This document shows, piece by piece, positions 34,101 to 45,911 of a stretch of DNA of 64,000 bases; the first letter of the stretch is position 1; every line of letters starts with the position of its first letter. The stretch is from NCBI GenBank assembly GCA_052426225.1, contig JBNJNM010000021.1, positions 2,666,001-2,730,000 of the forward strand, in the 5' to 3' direction. The notes beneath the pieces were generated by a model that did not search any database, had not been told where the DNA came from, and saw only the letters and a program-made list of their open reading frames with translations. The DNA comes from Zancudomyces culisetae HAW-14-8 (Eukaryota > Fungi > Kickxellomycota). Both the position numbers and the translations under genes were made by a program.

Positions 34101-35293
34101 TGAAAATGGGGATTAAAATGAATAATCACGAATCAAAAGAAACAACAGACATAATTATATTTACAAATTTGTAGAAGCAAGGTATTACTGGGGGGGGGGG
34201 AGAGAGGAGGGGAAGTTTGGATTGTTTACAATAAAAAAAATGGGAATGATAATAAAAGATAATGTTTCATTCTTTTGGCAATCAAAAGGGCCGAAACTGT
34301 AAAGAGTAGAATTTAGTATAAAGATGTTTGGAAGGAGATAAATAACCAAGCAAGCATTAATAGGTAGACCAGGTGATATTGAAAAGTATGTTTGTAAACA
34401 AAGAAATAGGAGCGAGTGTGTAGGTGTTGTATATTTCTGGATATTGCTTTGCGTGTTCTGTTCAATGTTAACCGAAAATGATAACAGATACGAAAAAAGA
34501 AGCAAAAAAGAAAAAAAAAAGTCAGTTGAAAAAAAAAGAAACGAAAAAATTGGTGGTAAAAATAAAAAAATAACGAAAAAAGTGGATTTTGGCGAATTTT
34601 TGGTGTTTTTTTTTTTTTGACGAAATGGTGAATTGGTGAAATGATGAATTGGCGTAATGATGAAATGAGTAAAAAAAAAGAAAGAAAAAAAAAGAAAAAT
34701 CGGTGAGAATTCTGATGAATTTAGTAAAAATCAATTGGCAGTACTAGCAATAAATTATGAAAAAGCCGTTAAAAATAACGAAAAGTTCTTGAAAGTGAAA
34801 AATATGCGAGTGTTTTTTTTTTCGTTTTTTTTTTTTTTTTTTTTGGAAATACGAGAAACAACTAACAATATATAATAATAATTTTTTTATTCACGGTAAA
34901 AGATAGTAAATATAGTTTTTAAGCAATAATAAAAAAAACAAAAAAGAAAACAAATTAAAAGAAAAAAAAAGAGTGGGGTCGGGGAGGATAGGAGAGAGAG
35001 AGAAATAAGAAAAAGAAAAAGAAAAAGAGGGAATAAGACAAGTTGATAAAACAAAAGAATTTTATTTTATTTTTTGATATCAGTATATTTTTGTAAAGGT
35101 TGTTTACTCTTTTAGTTTTTTTTAACATATGTTTAGAGAAACAATAGTAAAGTATTAGTATTAGATTAGTAAATACCCAACTCTTTTTATTATACTCTAG
35201 GAATATAGATATAGAGAATAAAAGAGAGAAAGTTATAACGCCACAATAAGAATAGTAAACAAGAAATAGCAAAGTGATATGAAATAATAGAGG

Positions 35294-38200
35294 ATGGTTA
35301 GAGTACTGGAAAGAGGAGAAGTTAAAAAGTTTACGAGTAACAATTCAATAGAAGAGACAGAGGATGTGGTGGGGATGAAAGGCCGACATCGGCTAAAAAG
35401 AGAGGAGTTGGGGAACGAGAATATGAGAACAGGGAAGTGGTGTGAAATAAAGAGGCAGTACCTGTTGGCATACGAGTATCTGTGTCACGTAGCAGAGGCC
35501 AAACATTGGATGGAGGAGTGTATAGGACGGGAATTGGAAGAAATAAGTGAACTAGAAGAGTCACTCAGAGATGGGATAGCACTAGCAGAGCTTGCGCGAA
35601 CGTTTTGTCCAGAAGTGGTTGGAAAGATATACAGGGGAAGAAAGATATCAGAGACCAAAAAGAGAAGGAAGAGTAGAAGTAGAAGCAGAAGTATAGGAGA
35701 ATCAGGCAACAATAGTAATGGAATTGGGAATGGGAATGGCAATAGTAATAGTAATAAGAATTGGAGGAGTGGGGTACGAAGAAGGTCAAAGAAGCGGATG
35801 AATTATAGATATACAGATAACATTAATTATTTCCTAAAGGCAATAAAAAAGGTGGGACTTCCCAAGGAGTATTATTTTGAAATGACGGATTTGTATTCGG
35901 GCAAAAACGTACCCAAGGTGATATATTGTGTTCATGCGCTTTGCCATTTGTTGGCAAATAAAGGGATAATGTCGATAGGCATGAAGGATTTGGTTGGAAA
36001 ATTGGAATTTAGTGAAAAGGAGTTGGAACAGACCAAGGATAAGCTGGATACATTGGAAGAAATGGAGAGAAAGGAAAACAGGAAGCATGATTTTGGAGGA
36101 AAGGAAAAGAACGGAGGAATGGGAATAGTAGCAATGGCAAAGGCAAAGGCAAGAGAAAAGGAGCGAGAGAAGGAAAAGATGAGAGAAATGGAACGAAAGA
36201 AAAAAGAGAAAGAAGAGGAGGAGGAAGCAATGGCGCTGGCGTTGGCATTGGATGGGAATAGTACAATAGGAAGTAATAGTTCATCAGCAGATACAATCAA
36301 GGATATACTATTGGAGGATAGTAAAGGAGAAAAGGAAATGATGATTGAAGAAGAGAACAAAAAGGAGAGGATAATAAGGCAACTCCAACAAAAGGTTAGA
36401 GAGTATATGGCAAAAAAGGAGTTGTTTGAGAAGAAACAGGCCAAGTATTATAGAAGAATAGTTGCGTCTACACGGGTGATTCAGCAATATGGAAGAAGAG
36501 CGATTGCTATTAGAGAGTATAAAGCACTGATTAAAGCAAAGAGAGAACTAGAAAGAGAGTTGGAACAAGAAAGAGAAATGGAGAGACAGATGGAGAGAAT
36601 GCGAACTAAAAAGGAATTGGTAAAAGTAGAGGTAAACGAAGAAGAAGGAGAGGAGGAGGAAGATGAGGAGGAGGAAAAGAAGAGAATACGAATTGAAAAA
36701 GAAAAAGAAATGGAGAAGGAAAAAGAAAGGGAAAGGGAAAGAGAAAGGGAGAGGGAAAGAGAATTGATGATGCAGAGAAAATTGGAGCAAGAAAGAGAGG
36801 AGATTGAAAAAAGACAAAAGGAAAAGGAACGACTTCGAGAAAAACTAAGAGCAAAAGAAATAGAGAGCTCACAAAAGTTGGTATACATGGGTAAAAAGAG
36901 AGAAAAGTATCAAACAGAAGGGGAAGGAGAGGAAGAGGAAGAGGAGGAAAATGAAGAGCTAGAGAGGGAGAGATTAGAGGAGATGATGAGAAAAATACAG
37001 GGGCATTGTCGGGGATACCTTGGACGCAAAATATATGGAGAGATGAAGAGATGGACAAACAAAGTAAAAGAGATACAAGGGTATTGTCGAGGAGTACTGG
37101 TTCGGGAAGAGTACAAGGAAAAAATGGAGGACTGGCATTATATTCAAGACAAGATTAGAAATGTTCAGGGATTGGTACGAGGATATCTGGTCCGTGTTAA
37201 CATTAGAGTAATTGAAAAAGAGAAAAAGGAAGAAGATTACCAACGAAACATCAAGGTGATAATCCAAATGCAGCGAATGTATCGAACAAAATTGGCCAAA
37301 AAGGCGTATAGAATACTGACAATTGAGGATGTAGAAAACAGTGGGAACGTGCCCAAATTGATGAAGACGTGTGCGCCGTTGTTTGATGATACGTACAATG
37401 AACTGGAGCAGCAGAAGGAGTTGGAGGAGTACCGACAAAAGGTAGTGAGCAAGATAAGCGAGAACCAGGTGATGGAGGGAGAAATCAAGGATCTGGATAT
37501 GAAGATAGCATTGCTGGTGCGAAACAAGATAAGTATTGAAGAGTTGGTGAAGAAGAAGATGTATAGGAGGAGACAGGACGAAATGTTGGCAGTGAGTGCA
37601 CTGGAGAAGAGCCGAATGTCAGCAAACGATAAGCAGATGGTTGACAAGTTCCAAAAAATAGTATATGTTTTGCAAACACAGCCACAGTATTTGTCACGGC
37701 TGCTGATTAGTGGGAAGGTTGATGCTACACAAGCGTATGCAATTTACGGACAATGTCAAAACAGACGGGAGGAGTACTTGATGATTAAGCTGATAGAACA
37801 GGTTATGAAAGACGTCAAGGAAAGCAGCATTACGTGTGTGGATGAAGGAATGGAGAAGGTGATTGGAGAGTTGGTGACGATGTTTATGCGACAAGAAAAC
37901 CAAACCCGATATCTACGACAAGCAGTGGTCAGTTCGGTGAAGAAGGTAGTATTGGGCAACACAGAGTTGGATTTGGAGATCGATCCGCTAGTTATCCATC
38001 GTACATTGATAAGAAAATACGAGAGCTTGACACAGACCAAGAGTAGCAAATCGTACCTCAACAATGAAAGCCGAGAAGAGGCTCTGAACGATCCAGAGAC
38101 GCGGGCGGCATATGTCGGCAACCTGCGACAGTTGCGGATGGCAATGCAGGAAGTGTTGACAGGGATAGTCAAGTCGATTGAATACATGCCGTTTGGTGTA

Positions 38201-40426
38201 AAGTACATAATCAACCAGTTGCGGGTGTTGGACAGCCACTCGTTTATTGCACGGGTATACCAAATGGTGTATCTGCCAGCGATAAGTGAGCCACATATGA
38301 TTGATTATTCGATCCAGCTTACTCCGCTGGCCAAAAAGAATCTGGCCTTGCTTAGTTCTTTGTTTTCATTGACTGCTGCGTATGTTCCAGACGAACCCAA
38401 TGCATTTGCTAGACACAATATCTTTTTGCAACCTCTGAATGGATATATTGAATATTCAAACAAGACCATGCTTGATTTTATTGATGAGTTGTTGACTCCA
38501 ATTACTGGTAAGATTCAAATTCAAAAGGAAATTCAAAAGGAAAAGGAAAAAGAGAATGGAAAGGATAATGAAAATGAAAATGAAAATGAAAATGAAAAAG
38601 TGGATGAAGATCAAAGTGATAATCAAAGTAAAAAACTTTTAGACTCATGTTATGGCTTTGATCAGTATTCTGATACTTGTAATTTGCATAATCCAACCTG
38701 TTATCTATCATTTGATCAGCTAAATCAACTAACCACCACACTACTCTCCAACAAGTCCATCTTATTATCCAAAACAAATGATGATATCAGTTCATTTGGT
38801 GCTTTGGTTAACGATCTTGCACTTTTGAGTTTTGATCCATCTAATAGACCTGCTATTAATTGTCTTTACGCTCTAAACCTAACTGACCCCATGTTATTCA
38901 ATCATATACAATCTACTAATGATTCTTCTTCCTTGTCCCAAAATAACATTAACAACAGTAATTTTAGTATTAATAACAACAACAGCAATAACAACAACAA
39001 CAATGCTCTATTCCTTGCTATCAAACAAATTTGGTTGTTGGTTTTACAAATTCAATCAGGAAATTCCTTGCTAGAAATCCTCAAAACTCCTGTTTTACCT
39101 GCAGACGAACTTGCTTATTCAGCTCTAATAAAAAACGAATACGCAAAGTTCCAATCGCGTGACCGTTCCCATCTTTTACAAAAACTCAGATCAATGAACT
39201 ATGTTCAACTTAGGCAGTACCTGACTACACTAATGGATAGATTTGAACTACCATCATCAACAACAACAACAACAGATAGTGACAAGTATGCTTATGTCTT
39301 GGCTAGTTTGGTCAAGGATTTAAAAGTTAAAGTAAACAAACGAATAAACACTCGCACTGAATTAAGACAGATTCGGTTTACATTGATGAAGTTGGTTGAA
39401 AAGGAAAAGTATTTGGCTGCTCAACTAGAATTCTATCATCAATACCTCAACAATTGTATCTCAAACCATGTCCCAACTTCTACTCCAACTTCATTTTTGT
39501 CTTCAAATAAGAAAATTCTTTCCAAAATATCTGGATTATTTGGAAAACACAAATCCATGTCTAAATCCAAATCTAAATCAAAATCTACTATTGTCAACAA
39601 TACTTCTTTATTATCTATTGGTAATAATACCAACATGAATAATAATCTTCCTACTAATCCTCAATTTCTTTCCGACAAAAAGTTTTCTTTAAAATCAATC
39701 TTTGACTTTTCATTTGCTACTCTTAACAACAACAACCCAAACAACAACCATTATTCTTCTTCTATTGCTTCAATCTCTCCAATGCCTTCCAACACAAACA
39801 TGAACAACAATTTTCTTTTCAATAATAATGGAAACTCCAATAATATTAATAATAATAACTCGATATTTGGTAATTCCAATCTTGGACTCGGTCTTGGGCT
39901 GGGTCTTGGAAATAATAGATTTAAAAGTAGTAGAGCTTATCATCGATACAATGCCGAAAAACTCTATCTCAAGGGAATCTTGGTCTCCATGGAAGGCTAC
40001 TCTTCTCCCCGTCAATACGATAAAGCCATCTTTTCTTTTTATGTGGATTATTCCTCATCTCTCAATAATAATAATAATAACAGTCTTGTCAGTGTCAATA
40101 ATGCCAGTAATTCGACTGTAGTTGGTTCAACAAACACCAATTCTAACGCCAATATAAATAACAGCAATATCATCAACAACAACAACAACAACAGTAATAA
40201 TAATAATAATAATAGTAATAATAATGGTATTAGTGGTAATTCAAGTACAATTTTCATGGAATACAAGGCGTTGGGTTCTCCAACTCCTCTCCATGACTCT
40301 ATAACGCTACACGAACTTTTGAAATTACAATACGATAATGTACCAACGCTTCAATTCTTTAATAACGCTGCTGTTTTTAACCTAAATTTATTTGTTTTGT
40401 TTATCAACAAGAAGTTTTTCATTTAA
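35294..40426 (+). CDS. IQG1: IQGAP-family cytokinesis scaffold (Iqg1/Rng2): CH domain, IQ motifs, RasGAP-related domain, C-terminal RGCT
   Basis: LLAYEYLCHVAEAKHWME, LRDGIALAELA, YTDNINYF, NVPKVIYCVHAL, IQGHCRGYL/IQGYCRG IQ motifs, LDMKIALLVRNKI, LQTQPQYLSRL, LEIDPL, ELLKLQYDN and FNLNLF...INKKF. Confidence 0.95.
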   Translation: MVRVLERGEVKKFTSNNSIEETEDVVGMKGRHRLKREELGNENMRTGKWCEIKRQYLLAYEYLCHVAEAKHWMEECIGRELEEISELEESLRDGIALAELARTFCPEVVGKIYRGRKISETKKRRKSRSRSRSIGESGNNSNGIGNGNGNSNSNKNWRSGVRRRSKKRMNYRYTDNINYFLKAIKKVGLPKEYYFEMTDLYSGKNVPKVIYCVHALCHLLANKGIMSIGMKDLVGKLEFSEKELEQTKDKLDTLEEMERKENRKHDFGGKEKNGGMGIVAMAKAKAREKEREKEKMREMERKKKEKEEEEEAMALALALDGNSTIGSNSSSADTIKDILLEDSKGEKEMMIEEENKKERIIRQLQQKVREYMAKKELFEKKQAKYYRRIVASTRVIQQYGRRAIAIREYKALIKAKRELERELEQEREMERQMERMRTKKELVKVEVNEEEGEEEEDEEEEKKRIRIEKEKEMEKEKERERERERERERELMMQRKLEQEREEIEKRQKEKERLREKLRAKEIESSQKLVYMGKKREKYQTEGEGEEEEEEENEELERERLEEMMRKIQGHCRGYLGRKIYGEMKRWTNKVKEIQGYCRGVLVREEYKEKMEDWHYIQDKIRNVQGLVRGYLVRVNIRVIEKEKKEEDYQRNIKVIIQMQRMYRTKLAKKAYRILTIEDVENSGNVPKLMKTCAPLFDDTYNELEQQKELEEYRQKVVSKISENQVMEGEIKDLDMKIALLVRNKISIEELVKKKMYRRRQDEMLAVSALEKSRMSANDKQMVDKFQKIVYVLQTQPQYLSRLLISGKVDATQAYAIYGQCQNRREEYLMIKLIEQVMKDVKESSITCVDEGMEKVIGELVTMFMRQENQTRYLRQAVVSSVKKVVLGNTELDLEIDPLVIHRTLIRKYESLTQTKSSKSYLNNESREEALNDPETRAAYVGNLRQLRMAMQEVLTGIVKSIEYMPFGVKYIINQLRVLDSHSFIARVYQMVYLPAISEPHMIDYSIQLTPLAKKNLALLSSLFSLTAAYVPDEPNAFARHNIFLQPLNGYIEYSNKTMLDFIDELLTPITGKIQIQKEIQKEKEKENGKDNENENENENEKVDEDQSDNQSKKLLDSCYGFDQYSDTCNLHNPTCYLSFDQLNQLTTTLLSNKSILLSKTNDDISSFGALVNDLALLSFDPSNRPAINCLYALNLTDPMLFNHIQSTNDSSSLSQNNINNSNFSINNNNSNNNNNNALFLAIKQIWLLVLQIQSGNSLLEILKTPVLPADELAYSALIKNEYAKFQSRDRSHLLQKLRSMNYVQLRQYLTTLMDRFELPSSTTTTTDSDKYAYVLASLVKDLKVKVNKRINTRTELRQIRFTLMKLVEKEKYLAAQLEFYHQYLNNCISNHVPTSTPTSFLSSNKKILSKISGLFGKHKSMSKSKSKSKSTIVNNTSLLSIGNNTNMNNNLPTNPQFLSDKKFSLKSIFDFSFATLNNNNPNNNHYSSSIASISPMPSNTNMNNNFLFNNNGNSNNINNNNSIFGNSNLGLGLGLGLGNNRFKSSRAYHRYNAEKLYLKGILVSMEGYSSPRQYDKAIFSFYVDYSSSLNNNNNNSLVSVNNASNSTVVGSTNTNSNANINNSNIINNNNNNSNNNNNNSNNNGISGNSSTIFMEYKALGSPTPLHDSITLHELLKLQYDNVPTLQFFNNAAVFNLNLFVLFINKKFFI

Positions 40427-40773
40427 TTTATCCAATTGTTTTATTAACGCATCATTTATTATTTATATATATTTTTTTTCTTTTTCTATTTCTTTTTCTA
40501 TTTCTATTTAATATCTGTATCATCAAGGTATACAATTACAAAAATAGTTTAATCAGCCTTTTTGTTTTGATTGGATGAATAAAAAAAAATATTTAGATCT
40601 TTTTCACTTTACTTCCTACCACCCATAACGTTTATTTTTTTTTAATCGGATTATTATTATTATAATCTGATTTTAAAATTATCTTGACTTTTAAAAGACC
40701 TATTTATTAACAAAACATAAATATAAAAAAAAGAAAAGAAAAGAAACGAAACGAAAAGGAATAAAGTAGAAAA

Positions 40774-41935
40774 ATGATTTCAAAAAGACTTTTAAATTCG
40801 GCAAGAACAATCTTACCAATCACGAAAACTACTACAACTACTGCAATTCGATCTCAAAGTACAAGTCTTGGGCTTAGCTCCAATTTACATGCCAATACAA
40901 AATCGACTGCCAGATCCTTCAGTACTTGCAAGACAGTCTTGTTTGGCACGTCGGTAACTCTATACAAGAAAAAAGGAAAAAGCAGTGGCAGTGGCAGTGC
41001 TAGTGGTGGTAGCGGCAGCAACAGTGGTAATAATAAGGGTAATTCACCCATGTTAACTGAGGATGTTGATTTGGTTGATTTACCAGCATATTCACAAAAG
41101 CTATCTAATTGTGTAAAGTATTTGGAATCAGAGTATTCAAAGCTACAAGTTGGGAAACCCAACCCTGCATTGTTGAAGGATATTGTGATATCCAGCCACA
41201 AACAATCTGGACGGCCGGGTGGTAAATTGTCAAACCTGGCGAATATTTCAATCAAGGATGGCAAAAACCTGTTGGTGATTCCTACCAATCTTGTGGATTA
41301 CACAATGCGTGATTATGATACTGCGATACGCACGAGTAATGTGGTTGTTGGATTGAACCCAATAACTAATGCCGAAGCTAATACCATTGTAGTACCTATA
41401 CCAAAGTAAGCCTTCTCTCCCTCTTCCTCTCTCCCTTTCTGTTTGTGTTTTGTATTTTATTTTACTTTGATTTATTTTATTACTTGTCTAGTGCAATGTA
41501 AATGTAATATAAATATTGATAAATAGACCTAGTAAAGAGACACGAGTAAACTTGACCAAACAAGTCAATAATCTAGCCGAAGCTCAAAAAGTTGTACTTC
41601 GAAAACATAGACAAGAATGCCAAAAACTGTTGAAAACCAATTCTGCCAAATATAGTGGAGTTTCCAAGGATGATACAAAGTACTGGCAAGATGAGGCAAG
41701 TTTTTTTATTTATTTATTTTTTCATTGTTTTTTATAAAGTAACTGCAACTGCAACTGCAACTGCAACTGTAGCTGTAATTGTAACTGTACATTTTCCTTC
41801 TCATATTCTTTTCCCATTTAATGTTATTATAAATATGTTAATGTATGTTTGTAGATCGAAAATGCTACAAAAAAGTATATCGATATGATTACAAACCTAT
41901 CCAATAGTAAAATTAAAGATATTGGCCAGGCATAA
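40774..41935 (+). CDS. RRF1: Mitochondrial ribosome recycling factor, 3 exons (40774-41405, 41527-41695, 41855-41935)
   Basis: Ser/Thr/Arg-rich targeting peptide, KLQVGKPNPALL, LSNLANISIKD, GLNP, VPIPK/PSKETR and DDTKYWQDE/IENATKKYIDMI motifs. The second intron is GC-AG. Confidence 0.88.
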
Positions 41936-43067
41936 TATAAATACAACTAGATTAGTTTAAAAATATCTCCTCTCTTTTCCTTTTCCTTTCTTTTTCTTTT
42001 TTTCCTTTACCCTGAATTTATTTATAAGTATATAATTACAATTTAACTTTATTAAATATGAATCTTTTGCTCTTTATAGTACCAAAATAAAAATCAAACA
42101 CAAGATAATCTAATATAATAATTTAATTGATTCTATAATTACTGGTGTGTGGAGGAGGAAGGGGGGAGGGAGTTTTCTTTTTCTTTATTTTTTCTTTTTC
42201 TGAATACAGTTTGTGTGTAAAAATGGTATTATCACAGACACACAGAAAAAGAAAAAAAAGAAAAATAGAGCTAAAAAAAACTAATACAGATTAGCAGTAA
42301 TAGCAATTTTTTATTTTATTTTATTTTACTTTATTTTTACAACTCCAAAAAATAAAAATAAAATAATAAAAATAAAGAGTTAAATAGGGTATCGGAAAAA
42401 AGGTGGGATACATTATATTACATACAATTGCGCTATTTGGTCAATTTAGATTAGTTTTTGTACCTATATTACAAGGCAATACTTTGTTTTAATTCATTTT
42501 TGTTGGATAAAAAACTATAATTTTTTTTACTACATTTTACTACATTTTACTACAAAAATAAAACAAAAAAGACTTTATATTATTTTACTTTTTATTTGAC
42601 AAGAAGGGGGGAGGGGAGTGTTCCTTTAAAACTAGACATGATTTAACTTGAAGAATACCAACATCATTTGCAATTTATACTATACTCGAATATTAATTAC
42701 TATACGTATATATATATTATATATGTATACATTTATAAACCTGAAAATATAAAGTCAAGGTATATTATCAGAAAAAAAGAAAAGTAGGTGGGGGGAGGAG
42801 AAAAAACGGTCTCAAATGGGTTGAATAGATTGTATTTAAACAACAAGTTAGGGAAAGCAAGAAAGAAAGAAAGAAATCCAACAAAAATCATTTATTCACA
42901 CACACACACACACACTTGTCTCTTTTGAAAGTTTTACCATCATTATTTATCCTACAGCACAAGGGGAAATTAAAAAAACGCTAATAGAGAAGAATTTTAA
43001 AAAAAAATAAGGAAAGAGTGAATACAAGAGGAAAAAGAGAAAAAGGGAAGAAGGGAAATATTGAAAA

Positions 43068-44484
43068 ATGGATTTTTCAAAAAATAAATTCGAGGTAAAG
43101 GAAGGATTGGTAAGAGATGAAATTCAACAACAAGGGCGGATATTGGAGGCGGCCAAGGCATTCCGTTTACATTTTGGCTTGGAACCGGTCGAAAAAACAG
43201 AGTATGGGTACACATTTACCAATGTGTATTTTAGAAATAAAGCCCTAAAGTTACAACAACAAAAACAGCAGGAAAAAGAAAAGGAAAAAGAAAAGGAAAA
43301 AGAAAAGGGAAGAGTAAAAATAAAAGAAAAAGAAAAAGATGTAGAGAAAGGAAAAAATGAATTACAAAAGGAAATTAAAGAGCCAGTGGCAAATTCAACT
43401 TTAAACACAAGCGTACTGGGTTCAAATGTTCCGAGCAATACCAACACCAACTCCAAAGCAACAAGTAATTCCACCAAACCACAGTACACATTAAATGTCA
43501 AAAAAAACAGTGAATTTGCTACCAAGACTACAAATGGCAAGATTCAAGCAGAAAAGACAAATGAAAAGACTATGGATGTAAAGGAAAAGAGTGGCATGAT
43601 GGCGGGTGGGAATCTCAAAAACACACCTTATACCAACAGTACTGTCAGCACTGTCAAAGAAATGGCTAGTAGGTCGCAAAATGTCGAAGAGATAAATGTT
43701 ATTGGAAACGAAGTAACACCTCAACGTAATAAAGACTCTACACCCAACATGACAAAATGCGCTCCAAAGGACCAAGTGGATGGAAAAACCAATAATGGTG
43801 CAAGTGATAAAGCGATGTTTGGAGTTGGGGTTGGGGTTGGGGTGTTTGGAATCCACAAGGCAGACGAGATTACTAGAGTATTAAATGATATGCTACAACC
43901 ACTACCAAGCAAGCTGGATAGACTGAAAACAAGTGTTAGAACCGTTATTACTAGTAAGGATGAGAATACAAATCGTACCAGTAAAAGTACGGTTGTCAAA
44001 GAACCAACCTCAACACGTGTAGCTGTTACAAGTACTATTGCTAGTAGTAGTATTAGTAATAGCAATATTAATAGCAGTTTAAATTCTGGAATGTCGGGAC
44101 GCGATGTTATTGGTGGGAAATATAAACAGAATAGCAACAACAACAGCAATAGCAATAGTAATAGTAATGATAATAATAATAATAATAGCAATAATAATAA
44201 TAATAATGGTAGTGTTAGTGTTAGTGTTAGTGGTAATAGTAATAGTAATAGTAATAGTAATAATATTGAGGAAAAAGAGGGTGGTAATAAGGGTGTAATC
44301 AAAATTGAACTTGATCGCGATCTTGTTCAAATGGTCAGGGAGATGATAAAATCACAAAAAAATGGTGAACAGGTGATAGGAAAAGCACCGAAACGTAAAA
44401 CGGTAGAGAAGCAAAATAAAAGTGAACCTCTTAAAAAGGTAAGGTCGGATAGTAGTCAAGAACAGCAACAACAGCAACAACAGC

Positions 44485-44542
<58 letters not shown>

Positions 44543-45094
44543 GCAACAGCAACAGCAACCAATAGTGAAAAAACTGGTACAACGACAGATAAATTTTCCC
44601 AAAGAAACAGTTGATAAGTACCGACATCGATTCAATCAGTTCAATTCGTTGGCTAGGCGATACAAACACCTTGCAGATAAACTAGGTAGTGGTGGCAACA
44701 GTAGTAGGGATAGTGGGTTGGCGACAATGGTGTGTTATTCAGAAGCGCTTATTTGCTTTGTAGAAGGGTTTCATTACGGGTCAGCGGTGTCTGAAGATGG
44801 GTTTTCGGTGATTGATAATTGGATGAGTCTAAATGAGTTGGGCAAATATGTATTTAGAAGCTGTATGTCGACACAAGCCAAAAAGAAAAAAATGAATTAC
44901 GAGTTGTTGGCGGGTATTGCGGCGTTGTTACTTGCAACAGTTAACCATCAATGCGTTGAACTTTGCAATTCATTGTGTAACGAGTACTTGTTACGACAGC
45001 AAAGACATACAAAAGCTACAGCAACAGCTACAGCAAAATTATCACCATCTCCTTCTTCTTATTACTCTTCTCCTTCTCATGATTCTAATGGTAC

Positions 45095-45138
<44 letters not shown>

Positions 45139-45635
45139 GTAGTAGTAGTGATGGTATTCTTATGCGATTGGTTTCACAAGCCACACAGAGTACTTTTTAT
45201 TGCAACCACTGGTACTCTGAACTCAACGCACTGAACTGTTTTTCACCACACCATCTCATGAAAACATTGCCTGAACTGTGGAACCGATGTACGCTCTCCA
45301 CGCCAGCGACATCCATGTCGTCGTCCTCATCTTTATCATCTATAATATCCACACCCAATAGTAATAGCAGTAGCAATAACAACAATAATATTAATACAAA
45401 TACGAATAATAATAATAACAACAACATTCGTCAGAAATATATTGTGCGAGATACATATGAAGTGTATGATAACGAATCACACCGCCAAAACACATTGCCT
45501 TACCTTCCGCTCTTGTATCCAATTTCTCCATTATCGGATGTATTTGAAGTTTCGGCATTCTGTCGACAGGCTCTTCGAGAATTTGTAAGAACTAAGCATG
45601 TTACAAGCTTTCAGCATCTTGAGCTTCCATCTTGA
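43068..45635 (+). CDS. Low-complexity (polyQ/polyN) nuclear protein with an AF4/FMR2 (AFF)/Ebp1-like C-terminal helical domain
   Basis: Long uninterrupted ORF. C-terminal ARRYKHLAD...VCYSEALICFVEGF...NWMSL resembles the AFF C-terminal homology pattern A++LKH.AD...Y.EA.L.F (recognised by eye only). Confidence 0.6.
44463..44558 (+). repeat. CAA/CAG trinucleotide repeat encoding Q32
   Basis: Direct read, 96 nt. Confidence 0.95.
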
Positions 45636-45911
45636 ATGTATATTGTAACTCTTTTTCTTTTTTCTTTTTCGTTTTTTGTTTTTTGTTTTTGTAAAAGTGG
45701 TTTTTAGTAAGATAAGGGGTTTGTGGGAGAGAGAGAAAGAGAGAGAGAGAGAGAGAATAAGAGAAGATATTTAAAATATTAATAGAGAAAAAGGTTTATA
45801 AAGACTTTTTAATAATAGTTTATTAATAGAAAAATCAAAAATTGTAAAATAATAATAAATGATTAAATGCGAAAAAAAGTAAAAAGAAAAAAGAAAAAAG
45901 GATATGGCATG

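Noticed and set aside
31200-35290. 4-kb gene-free, purine-rich region upstream of IQGAP
   Set aside because: Only A/G-rich low-complexity sequence and F/L-rich spurious ORFs; no structure I can support
35331-44669. Poly-Leu/Ile/Ser-Phe ORFs antisense to IQGAP and the AFF-like gene
   Set aside because: Reverse-frame translations of AAT/CAA/GAA microsatellites
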